The position numbers and the translations under genes were made by a program. Shown in pieces: positions 35,314 to 43,971 of a stretch of DNA of 64,000 nt (position 1 is the first letter of the stretch; every line of letters starts with the position of its first letter). The stretch is from an uncultured Bacillales bacterium. Its GTDB lineage: Bacteria; Bacillota_I; Bacilli_A; RF39; UBA660. The notes below the pieces were generated by a model. It searched no databases. It had not been told where the DNA came from and was given only the letters and a program-made list of their open reading frames with translations. The stretch is taken from NCBI GenBank assembly GCA_946611235.1, contig CAMODE010000041.1, positions 8,316-72,315 on the forward strand, in the 5' to 3' direction.

Positions 35314-37494
35314 TTATAACTTAATTGGATTAAAATCAAGTTCAACATTTATCTTATTATCTTTTTTATACATATCATCAATAAATCTAAGAGATTTAAG
35401 CAAATTATCATCTTTTCGATATTTAATAATAATTTGATAATGAAAAATATTATTAACTCTAAACATACTAGCCATCGATGGACCTAGTATTATTGTTTCA
35501 CTACTTAAATTATTATTTAAATAATTAGCAATCTTATTCGATTCTTTAAATCCTAAGTCATAATCTTTAGAAGAAATAGAAACCACTACCATATAATAAT
35601 ACGGACTATATTTAAGAAGTTTTCTCATTTTCATTTCTTCTTTATAAAACGATAAATAATCATGATTTTTCGATAAAGTAATACAATAATGATCAGGATT
35701 ATATGTCTGAATAATAACTTCTCCTTTTGATTCGCTTCTACCAGCTCTTCCTGATACTTGTGAAAGTAATTGAAAAGTATTTTCACTCGCTCTAAAATCC
35801 GGAGTACTTAAAGTACTATCTGCACTTACTACCCCAACTAAAGTAACATTTGGAAAATCAAGTCCTTTAGCAATCATCTGTGTTCCAATTAAAATATCAT
35901 ATTCATGATTCCCAAAAGCATCAATAATTCTTTCATGTTCTCCCTTCTTACTAGTAGTATCAATATCCATTCTAACTATTCTAGCCTTATATAATTTATT
36001 TAGTTCTTCTTCTAATTTTTCTGTTCCTAGTCCATAATCTTTAATATTCGTGCCACCACAATTACTACATTTTTCCACTAAAGGTTTAGAAGTACCACAG
36101 TAGTGACATTTCAAATTATTACTAGTCTTATGATAAGTATAAGAAATATCACATTTAGGGCACTTCTCCGTATGACCACAATCTTTACAAGTAATAATAT
36201 TAGAATACCCTCTTCGATTAAGTAATAATATTATTTGTTCTCCCTTATCTAACTTTTCTTTAATCTTATTTTTTAAAATACTAGATAAAATAAAATTTCC
36301 CTTCTTAATTTCTTCTTTCATATCTACTATTTGCACATCAGGAAGAGTACTACTACCAGGTCTTTTATTTAAAGTAAGCAAAGTATACACTTTATTACCA
36401 GCTCTTGCAAAAGATTCTAAACTAGGAGTAGCACTACCAAGTACTACTGGACATTTATGATAATTACTTCTCCAAATAGCAATATCCTTAGCATTATATC
36501 TCGGATGACTCTCTTGTTTATAAGAAGAAGTATGCTCTTCATCAATTATAATTACTCCAATATTATTAAAAGGTACAAAGATAGCACTACGAGTTCCAAT
36601 TACAATCTTTGATTTATCTTCTGTAATCTTTCGATATTCATCATATCTCTCACTATCCGATAATCTCGAATGAAGTACCGATATAACATCTCCAAATCTC
36701 GATATAAACTTACCTACTATCTGAGGAGTCAAACTAATCTCTGGTACTAACATAATAGCCTCTTTGCCATTTTTTATAGCCTCCTCTATAACACTCATAT
36801 ATACTTCTGTTTTACCACTACCTGTTACTCCATATAAGAGAAAGGTTTCACTCTTACCAAAAGAAGATATAATTCTATTTCTAACATTTTCTTGTTCACC
36901 AGTTAAAATAACCCTTTTATAATTAGATAGTCCCATATAATTGTACCTTTTTTCTTCTATCTCTACTACTACTCCAAGTCCATGTTTAATAATCGTATTA
37001 ATCGTACTAGACATCTTACTAATTAATATATCTCCTTCTTTTAACTTACAAAGTAAATTAATCTGTCCCTCATACTTACAATTCTTAATATAATTATCAA
37101 TCTCTTCAATACTTTTATTTCTTCTTAAATACTTATTATATTTAATCTTAATATCAGTACCAGCTTTAGCCTTTAAAGCTTTAGGAAGCATTACCTGATA
37201 AGCACTAACTTTAGAACACAGCAAATTATCACTCATATATTTACCAAGTTCTAACATTTCTTTATTAATAACAGGTTCATTATCAATAACAGAAGTTATA
37301 TCTTTAATCTTATCTTTATCATAATTAGTATTATTCTTAATATTAATAACAAACCCCTCTAAACTCATCTTGCCAAAAGGAATACTAACTCTTATACCTA
37401 TTTTAATATTACCTTCTAATTCTTTAGGAACTCTATACTCAAATACATTATCTACTGCTTTAGCACCAATTTCACAAAGTACATCTATATACAT
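35314..37494 (-). CDS. priA: Primosomal protein N' (replication restart helicase PriA)
   Basis: GVTGSGKTEVY Walker A, DEEH box, a Cys4-Cys4 zinc region (CKDCGHTEKCPKCD...CHYCG...CSNCG), and GTQMIAKGLDFPNVTLVGV. Confidence 0.95.
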   Translation of the reverse strand: MYIDVLCEIGAKAVDNVFEYRVPKELEGNIKIGIRVSIPFGKMSLEGFVINIKNNTNYDKDKIKDITSVIDNEPVINKEMLELGKYMSDNLLCSKVSAYQVMLPKALKAKAGTDIKIKYNKYLRRNKSIEEIDNYIKNCKYEGQINLLCKLKEGDILISKMSSTINTIIKHGLGVVVEIEEKRYNYMGLSNYKRVILTGEQENVRNRIISSFGKSETFLLYGVTGSGKTEVYMSVIEEAIKNGKEAIMLVPEISLTPQIVGKFISRFGDVISVLHSRLSDSERYDEYRKITEDKSKIVIGTRSAIFVPFNNIGVIIIDEEHTSSYKQESHPRYNAKDIAIWRSNYHKCPVVLGSATPSLESFARAGNKVYTLLTLNKRPGSSTLPDVQIVDMKEEIKKGNFILSSILKNKIKEKLDKGEQIILLLNRRGYSNIITCKDCGHTEKCPKCDISYTYHKTSNNLKCHYCGTSKPLVEKCSNCGGTNIKDYGLGTEKLEEELNKLYKARIVRMDIDTTSKKGEHERIIDAFGNHEYDILIGTQMIAKGLDFPNVTLVGVVSADSTLSTPDFRASENTFQLLSQVSGRAGRSESKGEVIIQTYNPDHYCITLSKNHDYLSFYKEEMKMRKLLKYSPYYYMVVVSISSKDYDLGFKESNKIANYLNNNLSSETIILGPSMASMFRVNNIFHYQIIIKYRKDDNLLKSLRFIDDMYKKDNKINVELDFNPIKL

Positions 37495-37506
37495 ACAATC
37501 ACCACT

Positions 37507-37983
37507 TTATACTAAAATACTATTTTCTTCTTCCATTATCTCTTTAATTCTATCAATATCTGTAAAAAACAAATCTAAGCCATTTTCTTTTAGTGATAAC
37601 ATATATTTAAAATTATCAATTATTTCTTTTTCAACAGGAGTAGAAACTCTTATCTGTTTACCTTCAATCGTATGGATATTTTTTATATATTTTTTTAATG
37701 TAGGAAATGCATTCTGAATTAAAATAACTTCTTCAAGTCCTGAAATATTTCTTATTAATATGGTTCTGCAATTACCATATTTATTTATTTTATGTTTAAT
37801 AATTTTTTTATATTTATCTATTTTAGAACTAAGTGGTATAAACCATAAAATATCTCTATCATTAATAGCTAAATAAGAAGGTCTCGACTTACCGTTATCA
37901 TGATTAATCATAATACTTTTCTCATTTATTTTTTCAAAAAACTCATCTTTAATATGATATAAATAACCAGTTTTAACTTCCAT
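37507..37983 (-). CDS. Type III toxin-antitoxin system toxin, ToxN/AbiQ/CptN-like endoribonuclease
   Basis: Contains MEVKTGYLYHIKDEFFEKIN...GKSRPSYLAI...WFIPLSSKIDKYKK, resembling the ToxN/AbiQ family core. GGTGA RBS before ATG at 37983 (the ORF track extends to 38004). Preceded by an RNA repeat array and a terminator. Confidence 0.7.
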   Translation of the reverse strand: MEVKTGYLYHIKDEFFEKINEKSIMINHDNGKSRPSYLAINDRDILWFIPLSSKIDKYKKIIKHKINKYGNCRTILIRNISGLEEVILIQNAFPTLKKYIKNIHTIEGKQIRVSTPVEKEIIDNFKYMLSLKENGLDLFFTDIDRIKEIMEEENSILV

Positions 37984-38087
37984 TTTCTTATCACCAATCC
38001 TCATTTAATATTTATTATATATAATCGAAAGAATAAAGTCAAGAAATATTTTACCATTTATAAACAAATGTTTGCTATATTTTTGCA

Positions 38088-38119
38088 AAAAGAAAAAAGT
38101 TCTTATAAAATAAGAACTT
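38088..38119 (-). terminator. Rho-independent terminator between antitoxin repeats and toxin gene
   Basis: Minus strand reads AAGTTCTTA-TTTTA-TAAGAACTT (9-bp stem) followed by TTTTTCTTTTT. Confidence 0.8.
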
Positions 38120-38120
38120 T

Positions 38121-38237
38121 AAGGCATTTACAACCAGGATCATTTATTGCTCGCACCACCTGGAAGCGATTAACATTTCACGACCGGGATCATTTATTGC
38201 TCGCACCACCCGAAAGCGATTAACATTTAATGCCTTG
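38121..38237 (-). ncRNA. Type III antitoxin RNA repeat array (2 full 50-nt repeats + partial copies)
   Basis: 38131-38180 and 38181-38230 share an identical GGATCATTTATTGCTCGCACCACC core and GCGATTAACATTT. Locally GC-rich. Compensatory stem change between copies (CCAGG/CCTGG vs UCGGG/CCCGG). Confidence 0.75.
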
Positions 38238-38256
38238 TCTTAATAAAGACACCTAT

Positions 38257-38285
38257 AATATACACCATAATTTATTAAAAGTCAA
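38257..38285 (-). promoter_or_regulatory. Promoter driving antitoxin repeats and toxin
   Basis: Minus strand reads TTGACT - 17 nt - TATATT, about 20 nt upstream of the first repeat. Confidence 0.55.
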
Positions 38286-38287
38286 TA

Positions 38288-38644
38288 CTATATCCATTTA
38301 CTTACCACAATATTTCTAACCCTCTCATTCTCATAATTATCATCATATCTAATAATCTTTCTAATTAATTTATTCGTCTTTTTATAACTATTTAAATCAA
38401 TATCACGAATATTAATAATACTCTTTAATCCCTTCCTATAATTATAATCACTAACATACTTATACATACAACTATCAACTAACATAATCTTATCTTCATC
38501 CTTATAACTAAAAACATAATCTTTATAAAAATCAATTAATTCAAAAGATATAATATCATCATCTTCATAATTAATAATATCATCATAATACCTACAAATA
38601 CTAAGTACTTTCCTTACATTATCCATATCAATAGTATGTATCAT
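38288..38644 (-). CDS. Hypothetical 118-aa protein
   Basis: ORF only, Asp/Tyr/Ile-rich; no motif recognised. Confidence 0.45.
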   Translation of the reverse strand: MIHTIDMDNVRKVLSICRYYDDIINYEDDDIISFELIDFYKDYVFSYKDEDKIMLVDSCMYKYVSDYNYRKGLKSIINIRDIDLNSYKKTNKLIRKIIRYDDNYENERVRNIVVSKWI

Positions 38645-38719
38645 AATCTCTCCTTTATATTAATTAAATTATAAATAAAAGAAAAAAGTCTGTAAAGGCT
38701 TTCGACAAAACTAGATATA

Positions 38720-39672
38720 TTATTTAAATACTAATTCATTATTATTTAAAAGATTATCTATTATATTATTATATAATTCTTTATCATTAATCTCATTAAT
38801 TGAAGTAATCCTACTACCAGAATCTTTAGAAGAACTACCACAGTGAAATATCTTTTCACTTTTCATACCATAATCAAGTATTATATATCTATCATGTATA
38901 ATATTATTCGTTACTTTAAAAATAATATTAATATTTGGATAATCCTTAATAAAATCTTCATATTCTAATCTATGTAATTTATTATTTACATTATCACTAA
39001 AGATCGTTACTTTTATTTTACTATCTATATCTTTTAATAATACTAAAGTTTTTAAATTAATATAATCATCAATAATATAAATACTCTTCTTAGCCATACT
39101 ATATATTTCACTATAAATATTATCCGACTCTACTCTTCTTCCATTTAATATTAATATTTCTTTAAGCTTATTACTACTATTAAATTTATCATTAATTATT
39201 TTCATTTCTTTTCTTATTTCTTTTATATCCTTAGTATTCTCATTAGTTTGAAGAGATAATTTAAGAATATCATCATAGCTTACTAAATTATTATTATTCT
39301 CTATAATATAATCTTTCATTTTCTTAAATATTCTAATTAATGCCTTACTCTGTATAGTAGCCTTTTCACCTTTTAATACAGTCATTAACATATATATACC
39401 TTGCTCGGTAAAAACGTAAGGAAGTTTTCTTCTTCCCCCCAACTTGATGTGGATTTTTTGAACATCAAGTTTTTAAATTCTTCTTCAGTTAACTGAAACA
39501 TAAAATCACTATCAAATTTATTCATATTATTCTTTACTTGCTTGTTAAAATCTCTAGTCGCATATCCATATATTTCAGCAAGGTCGCTATCTATCATAAC
39601 CTCTTTACCACGTATAATATATATTTTATTCCTAATACTTTTCTCATCTATTAATGCTATATCATTTTTCAT
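38720..39672 (-). pseudogene. ORF6N (KilA-N-like) DNA-binding domain protein with PLD-like C-terminal domain, split by a -1 frameshift in a G6 tract
   Basis: ORF 39385-39672 ends ..KKSTSSWGEEENF. ORF 38720-39442 begins GGRRKLPYVFTEQG. The joined SSWGGRRKLPYVFTEQG is the conserved ORF6N core. Poly-C at 39435-39440 on the plus strand. Confidence 0.7.
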
Positions 39673-39804
39673 ATTCTACTCCTTTCATATTTTATTTTTT
39701 TAAAAAGATTTTTGCGGTGAATTTTTTGCGCCTCAAACATATCCTCTTTTTATTGTTGTAATCTCTATACTATCACAAATAAGAAATAAATCAAGTAATA
39801 TTAT

Positions 39805-39840
39805 GCAAAAAAAATAAGTTTACATTTACATAAACTTATT
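39805..39840 (-). terminator. Rho-independent terminator after yneF
   Basis: Minus strand reads AATAAGTTTA-TGTAAATG-TAAACTTATT followed by TTTTTTTT. Confidence 0.75.
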
Positions 39841-40035
39841 CATTTGTTTCATCATTTGATTAACTTGTTTCTGTGAAGGAGTTCTTCCCATCTGACTCAT
39901 CATTGTCTTTATCATTTGTTCATTAATAGGAGGATTCTTCTTAAGTTCTTTCTTCATTAACTTTCTCGCAATAAAGAAACCAAGAACTAATCCAACGATT
40001 AAACCAATTACAACATATAATATATCCCAAAGCAT
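39826..40035 (-). CDS. yneF: UPF0154 membrane protein YneF
   Basis: 69 aa with an N-terminal TM, then [43 protein letters not shown]. Confidence 0.85.
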   Translation of the reverse strand: MLWDILYVVIGLIVGLVLGFFIARKLMKKELKKNPPINEQMIKTMMSQMGRTPSQKQVNQMMKQMNKFM

Positions 40036-40057
40036 ATTTTATTTCCTCCTTGTAATA

Positions 40058-40495
40058 TTATTTTACTATGGAATACTCTTTTTGTAAAGAATTTAATTTT
40101 GATAACCAAAAATAATCCTTATTCTCAAAATCACATACAAATAAATTAGTATTATAACTTTTAATATCATCAAAAAAGATACTATAATTACTATCTGTTT
40201 CTATCTTAATATTATAATTATTAATTCTAAGAGTAGTCTTCTCATCAGTATTAAGTATATGAATATTATCTCTTCTTTTATATCCATATTTTAATTTATA
40301 CTCATAATAAATATATTCATTAAGCATTATTTTATTAAAAGGAAGTGCTACTTCTTCCATAACTCTAAATGTTTTAATATTATCATAATCTTTTGAATAA
40401 TATATTTCTTCAAAAATCTTATACATTTTAAAAGGATTATTTTTATACATATACTTATAATATTTATTAACATTAAAAATGTAGTATGTTCTCAT
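40058..40495 (-). CDS. SirA-like (YneE family) sporulation inhibitor of replication
   Basis: 145 aa, adjacent to yneF as in B. subtilis. C-terminal LFVCDFENKDYFWLSKL resembles SirA CFLAMDFNSKRYGWLNP (from memory). Confidence 0.5.
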   Translation of the reverse strand: MRTYYIFNVNKYYKYMYKNNPFKMYKIFEEIYYSKDYDNIKTFRVMEEVALPFNKIMLNEYIYYEYKLKYGYKRRDNIHILNTDEKTTLRINNYNIKIETDSNYSIFFDDIKSYNTNLFVCDFENKDYFWLSKLNSLQKEYSIVK

Positions 40496-40549
40496 ATTAT
40501 TTAGTCACCTAAATAACAATACCATACTACATCTAAAAAAATTGTCGAA

Positions 40550-41443
40550 TTATCTACTAAAAGTTATATTAGGGTTTCTAAGTACCTTCTTTTGATATCC
40601 AAGTCTATCTATACCTTCATGATTTAATTGACTATCTTCTCCATTAATAAATCTTATATAATCATATGGAGTATAATTAGTCGTAAAACTAAAGTCTAAA
40701 GTATCTTCATAATAAGTTGCATTCCTATATGAAAGAGCAAATCCATCAAAATAATTCTTTACATTCTCATCAGTCATTTCAATATAACCATTTTTAAGTA
40801 GCTCTAAAGCTGTTTTTTTCCTAGAATCGTCTAAAGTCATAAATTTACCAGGCATAGTATTAAATAGAGTGCAGACTCCGATTCTTTCTAAAGAAGATTT
40901 ATCCTTTAAAAAGAATTGTCTATAAGTTAAATCAACAATATATTTCTTATCACTCACAGTAACTATATTAAATGCATGATATCCACTACCAAAATGTAAT
41001 AGACTATGTTCTTTCGTAAAGCCTGGATATATAATTACTCTTCTTGAATCAATATCAGACTGGCTAGCATATCTAGATACTAGATTACTACTATAAGAAC
41101 ACTTATCGGTAAGAGGATCATTAAGATTATTACCTAATAGTTTACTTCTTACATTATAAGTAATATTCTTTAATTTATCATCAGAATCAAAATCATTACT
41201 AAATATAGGATAAGAATCTATAATAAATTCTTTAGGAATATCTTCTTCTGCTTTCTTTACATATCCAGCTATATAATTAAAATCATTGCTAAGATTACCA
41301 TCAATAAAATAATCATTTTGTATACTTCTAGCAAATCTATATAATTCTTCTAAATTACTAAACTGGCTTTTCATTTCACCAAATTTAACCACAATATATT
41401 TTCTAATAACGTCTGTTTCGTATGTATCATATTTACTTATCAT
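40550..41443 (-). CDS. Hypothetical protein with a possible papain/transglutaminase-like Cys-His-Asp arrangement
   Basis: DKCSYSSNLVSRY ... GYHAFNIVTVSDKKYIVDLTYRQF shows C..H..D spacing typical of the transglutaminase-like fold. Weak call made by eye. Confidence 0.4.
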   Translation of the reverse strand: MISKYDTYETDVIRKYIVVKFGEMKSQFSNLEELYRFARSIQNDYFIDGNLSNDFNYIAGYVKKAEEDIPKEFIIDSYPIFSNDFDSDDKLKNITYNVRSKLLGNNLNDPLTDKCSYSSNLVSRYASQSDIDSRRVIIYPGFTKEHSLLHFGSGYHAFNIVTVSDKKYIVDLTYRQFFLKDKSSLERIGVCTLFNTMPGKFMTLDDSRKKTALELLKNGYIEMTDENVKNYFDGFALSYRNATYYEDTLDFSFTTNYTPYDYIRFINGEDSQLNHEGIDRLGYQKKVLRNPNITFSR

Positions 41444-41554
41444 TTACTTCACAACCTTCTATTTCATTATAAAATTCTATTTGTTTGAAGTCAATAAACT
41501 TTACATTTTACTTTACATTTATTATAATTATAAAGAAAGGAGTTTCTAATATAT

Positions 41555-42430
41555 GTGAAAAATCACATAATTAGATTATACGAGATAATTATGAAATTAA
41601 TTGTAAATAAAGAAGATACTCTATATAACTATTTAAGAAACAACCTAGAAGGTAAATCAAAGAATAATATTAAGTCACTACTCAAAAGAGAACTTATAAG
41701 TGTTAATGATAAAGTAGTAACAAAGTACGACTATAACCTTCTTATAGGAGACACTATTACTATAAGTAATGGTTATAATTATAATGAGGAAACCATAAAA
41801 ATAATCTATGAAGATGATAATATCATTGTAGTAAATAAACCCACTAAAATATTAACAATAAGTAATAAAAACGAAAAAGAAAATACTTTATACCGAAAAG
41901 TATCTGACTATTTAAAAAAAGAAAAGAAAAAAGTATTTGTAATACATAGGTTAGACTTTGATACATCCGGAGTTATTATGTTTGCTAAGAATCAAAAAGT
42001 CCAAAAATTATACCAAGATAATTGGAATAATTTAGCTAAAAAAAGAGAATATATTGCCATTGTCGAAGGAGTAACTCCTCCTAAAGGGCATATCGAGTCA
42101 TACTTAAAAGAATCTAAAATCCTAGAAGTATACTCCTCTAAAAATAAAGATGGACTATTTTCAATAACTGACTATGAAACTATTAAACAAAGTAATAAAT
42201 ACTCGATGGTAAAGGTATTAATATCTACTGGTCGAAGAAATCAAATAAGATGTCATATGTCTGATATTAATCATCCAATAGTTGGAGACTCTCGTTATAA
42301 AAGTAAAGCAAATCCCTTAGGTAGACTTGCCCTTCATGCCCACATACTAGAAATTGAAGATCCACTCACTCACAAGTTATTTACTTTTACTAGTATAATA
42401 CCTGAAGAATTTAATAATATAATAAAATAG
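41555..42430 (+). CDS. RluA-family pseudouridine synthase with S4-like N-terminal domain
   Basis: HRLDFDTSGVIMFAKN catalytic motif and GRRNQIRCH. GTG start after an AGGAG RBS. Confidence 0.88.
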   Translation: MKNHIIRLYEIIMKLIVNKEDTLYNYLRNNLEGKSKNNIKSLLKRELISVNDKVVTKYDYNLLIGDTITISNGYNYNEETIKIIYEDDNIIVVNKPTKILTISNKNEKENTLYRKVSDYLKKEKKKVFVIHRLDFDTSGVIMFAKNQKVQKLYQDNWNNLAKKREYIAIVEGVTPPKGHIESYLKESKILEVYSSKNKDGLFSITDYETIKQSNKYSMVKVLISTGRRNQIRCHMSDINHPIVGDSRYKSKANPLGRLALHAHILEIEDPLTHKLFTFTSIIPEEFNNIIK

Positions 42431-42462
42431 GATATCAAATCGATACCTTATTTTTTATTTAT
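42368..42462. repeat. Direct repeat copy 1 (rluA-family 3' end + terminator)
   Basis: About 90% identical to 43972-44064. Both encode ..THKLFTFTSIIPEEFNNIIK-stop. Confidence 0.9.
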
Positions 42463-43783
42463 TGTATTCTACACTTTTTACTACCCATTCACCCTTTTTA
42501 GTAGCACCAGTTCTTTCAATCAATCCCATATCTACAAGTATTTTAATATTTCTTTGTATTGTTCTAATATTAACATCTAATATTCTTGATAAAGCATTCT
42601 GTGTAATAGTTGGAGAATCAAGCATTAACCCTAAAATAGAATTTTGTATTTCTGTTAATTCATCTTTCTTAATATTTTCTTGCTTTCTCATTTTAAATTT
42701 ATTTTCATTAAATGGAAATGTAACTCTAATAAAGTTTGGAAAAAATTCAAACGATTTTTTATCGTAAGTTTGAAGAATTCTAATTATACCAGTACCCATT
42801 TGCTCAACCAAATCTAAATCATTAAAAACTTTCATTAGTTCTTTATTTTTAGGTAACGAATATCCTTCTAGAAATTCTTCTTTTGTAGTAGCAGGCTGAA
42901 TACCACCATTTGATGATATTACTAATCTATCAATAAACATTTCAAACTTAGGAGCATACTCATTAGACCAATCATTATGAACAATGGCATTAACCACTGC
43001 TTCTCTTACTGCTGCAAAATCATACATTTTTATTTCCTTTCTTTCAGGGTATTCAATTTTAGTAAATATCTTGTTTTCAATCTCTATCTTATTTAAAATA
43101 TTCTTTGTTGCTTTAACAATAGAGCAATTACCAAAATCTTCATTTTCAATTAATTGAGCAACATTTGTCCCTTCGTATTTACCAAATCTAATAGATATTG
43201 TATTATTATCAGCAAGCAAATAAGCATTATAGTTATATTTACCATCATCAGTATATAAGTCTAATTGCTTTAAAAAATTATTATTAATAATAAATCCTTT
43301 TTCTTCGTAATATATTTTTAATTGACTAAAAGTTAAATCTTGCTTAGGTGATACTATATTTCTTAACGAAGTTCTTGTTCTTTTATTAACTCTATTATTA
43401 ATCATATCATGAGGCATACTTTGTATTGAACTACCAACTCTAATGAAGCAACTATCAGGTGTCATTCCCATACCTTTAATATAGTACGGGTCATCACTAC
43501 CACGGGCAATAATCACTTTAATATATTTTTTATTGTTTTCCTCTAATATTACAACATCATATAGTCCTAATGTGGATGGCATAATATTATCTTTTATTCT
43601 ATCTTTAATAGTCCTTTGTAATAAATCAATATTACCATTCACACCAACAATGTCCCCGTTATCATTAACACCAATATAGATATTGCCTCCATTGGTATTC
43701 AAAAATGAAATAACTTCTTCTTCGAACTTATCCGTTAGTTTAACTTTAAATTCATTTCTTACATCTTCAATTGCATTTATCAT
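42455..43783 (-). CDS. AlbA_2 (Schlafen-like) domain protein with HATPase_c_4-like region and C-terminal wHTH
   Basis: N-terminal EEEVISFLNTNGGNIYIGVNDNGDIVGV (AlbA_2), central REAVVNAIVHNDW, and C-terminal ILDVNIRTIQRNIKILVDMGLIERTG. Confidence 0.8.
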   Translation of the reverse strand: MINAIEDVRNEFKVKLTDKFEEEVISFLNTNGGNIYIGVNDNGDIVGVNGNIDLLQRTIKDRIKDNIMPSTLGLYDVVILEENNKKYIKVIIARGSDDPYYIKGMGMTPDSCFIRVGSSIQSMPHDMINNRVNKRTRTSLRNIVSPKQDLTFSQLKIYYEEKGFIINNNFLKQLDLYTDDGKYNYNAYLLADNNTISIRFGKYEGTNVAQLIENEDFGNCSIVKATKNILNKIEIENKIFTKIEYPERKEIKMYDFAAVREAVVNAIVHNDWSNEYAPKFEMFIDRLVISSNGGIQPATTKEEFLEGYSLPKNKELMKVFNDLDLVEQMGTGIIRILQTYDKKSFEFFPNFIRVTFPFNENKFKMRKQENIKKDELTEIQNSILGLMLDSPTITQNALSRILDVNIRTIQRNIKILVDMGLIERTGATKKGEWVVKSVEYNK

Positions 43784-43809
43784 TCTAACCTCCTGATTCT
43801 TGTAATCTA

Positions 43810-43867
43810 ATTATACCATGTCGTAAGAAATGTCGCAAGAAATGTCATAAGAAATGTCGTAAGAAAT
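43810..43867 (-). promoter_or_regulatory. Promoter embedded in a 12-bp tandem repeat array (TTCTTACGACAT x ~4.3)
   Basis: Plus-strand units ATGTCGTAAGAA / ATGTCGCAAGAA / ATGTCATAAGAA / ATGTCGTAAGAA at 43818-43865. On the minus strand TTGCGA - 17 nt - TATAAT (43810-43815), then AGGAGG and the ATG. Confidence 0.55.
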
Positions 43868-43971
43868 AACAAAATAATTAAATTAATTTATATTTCTATA
43901 TATTTTTTGTTTTTGTAAACTTTAGATATCTATACCTTAAACTAGTAATAAAGAAAGTAATGGTTAGAATT

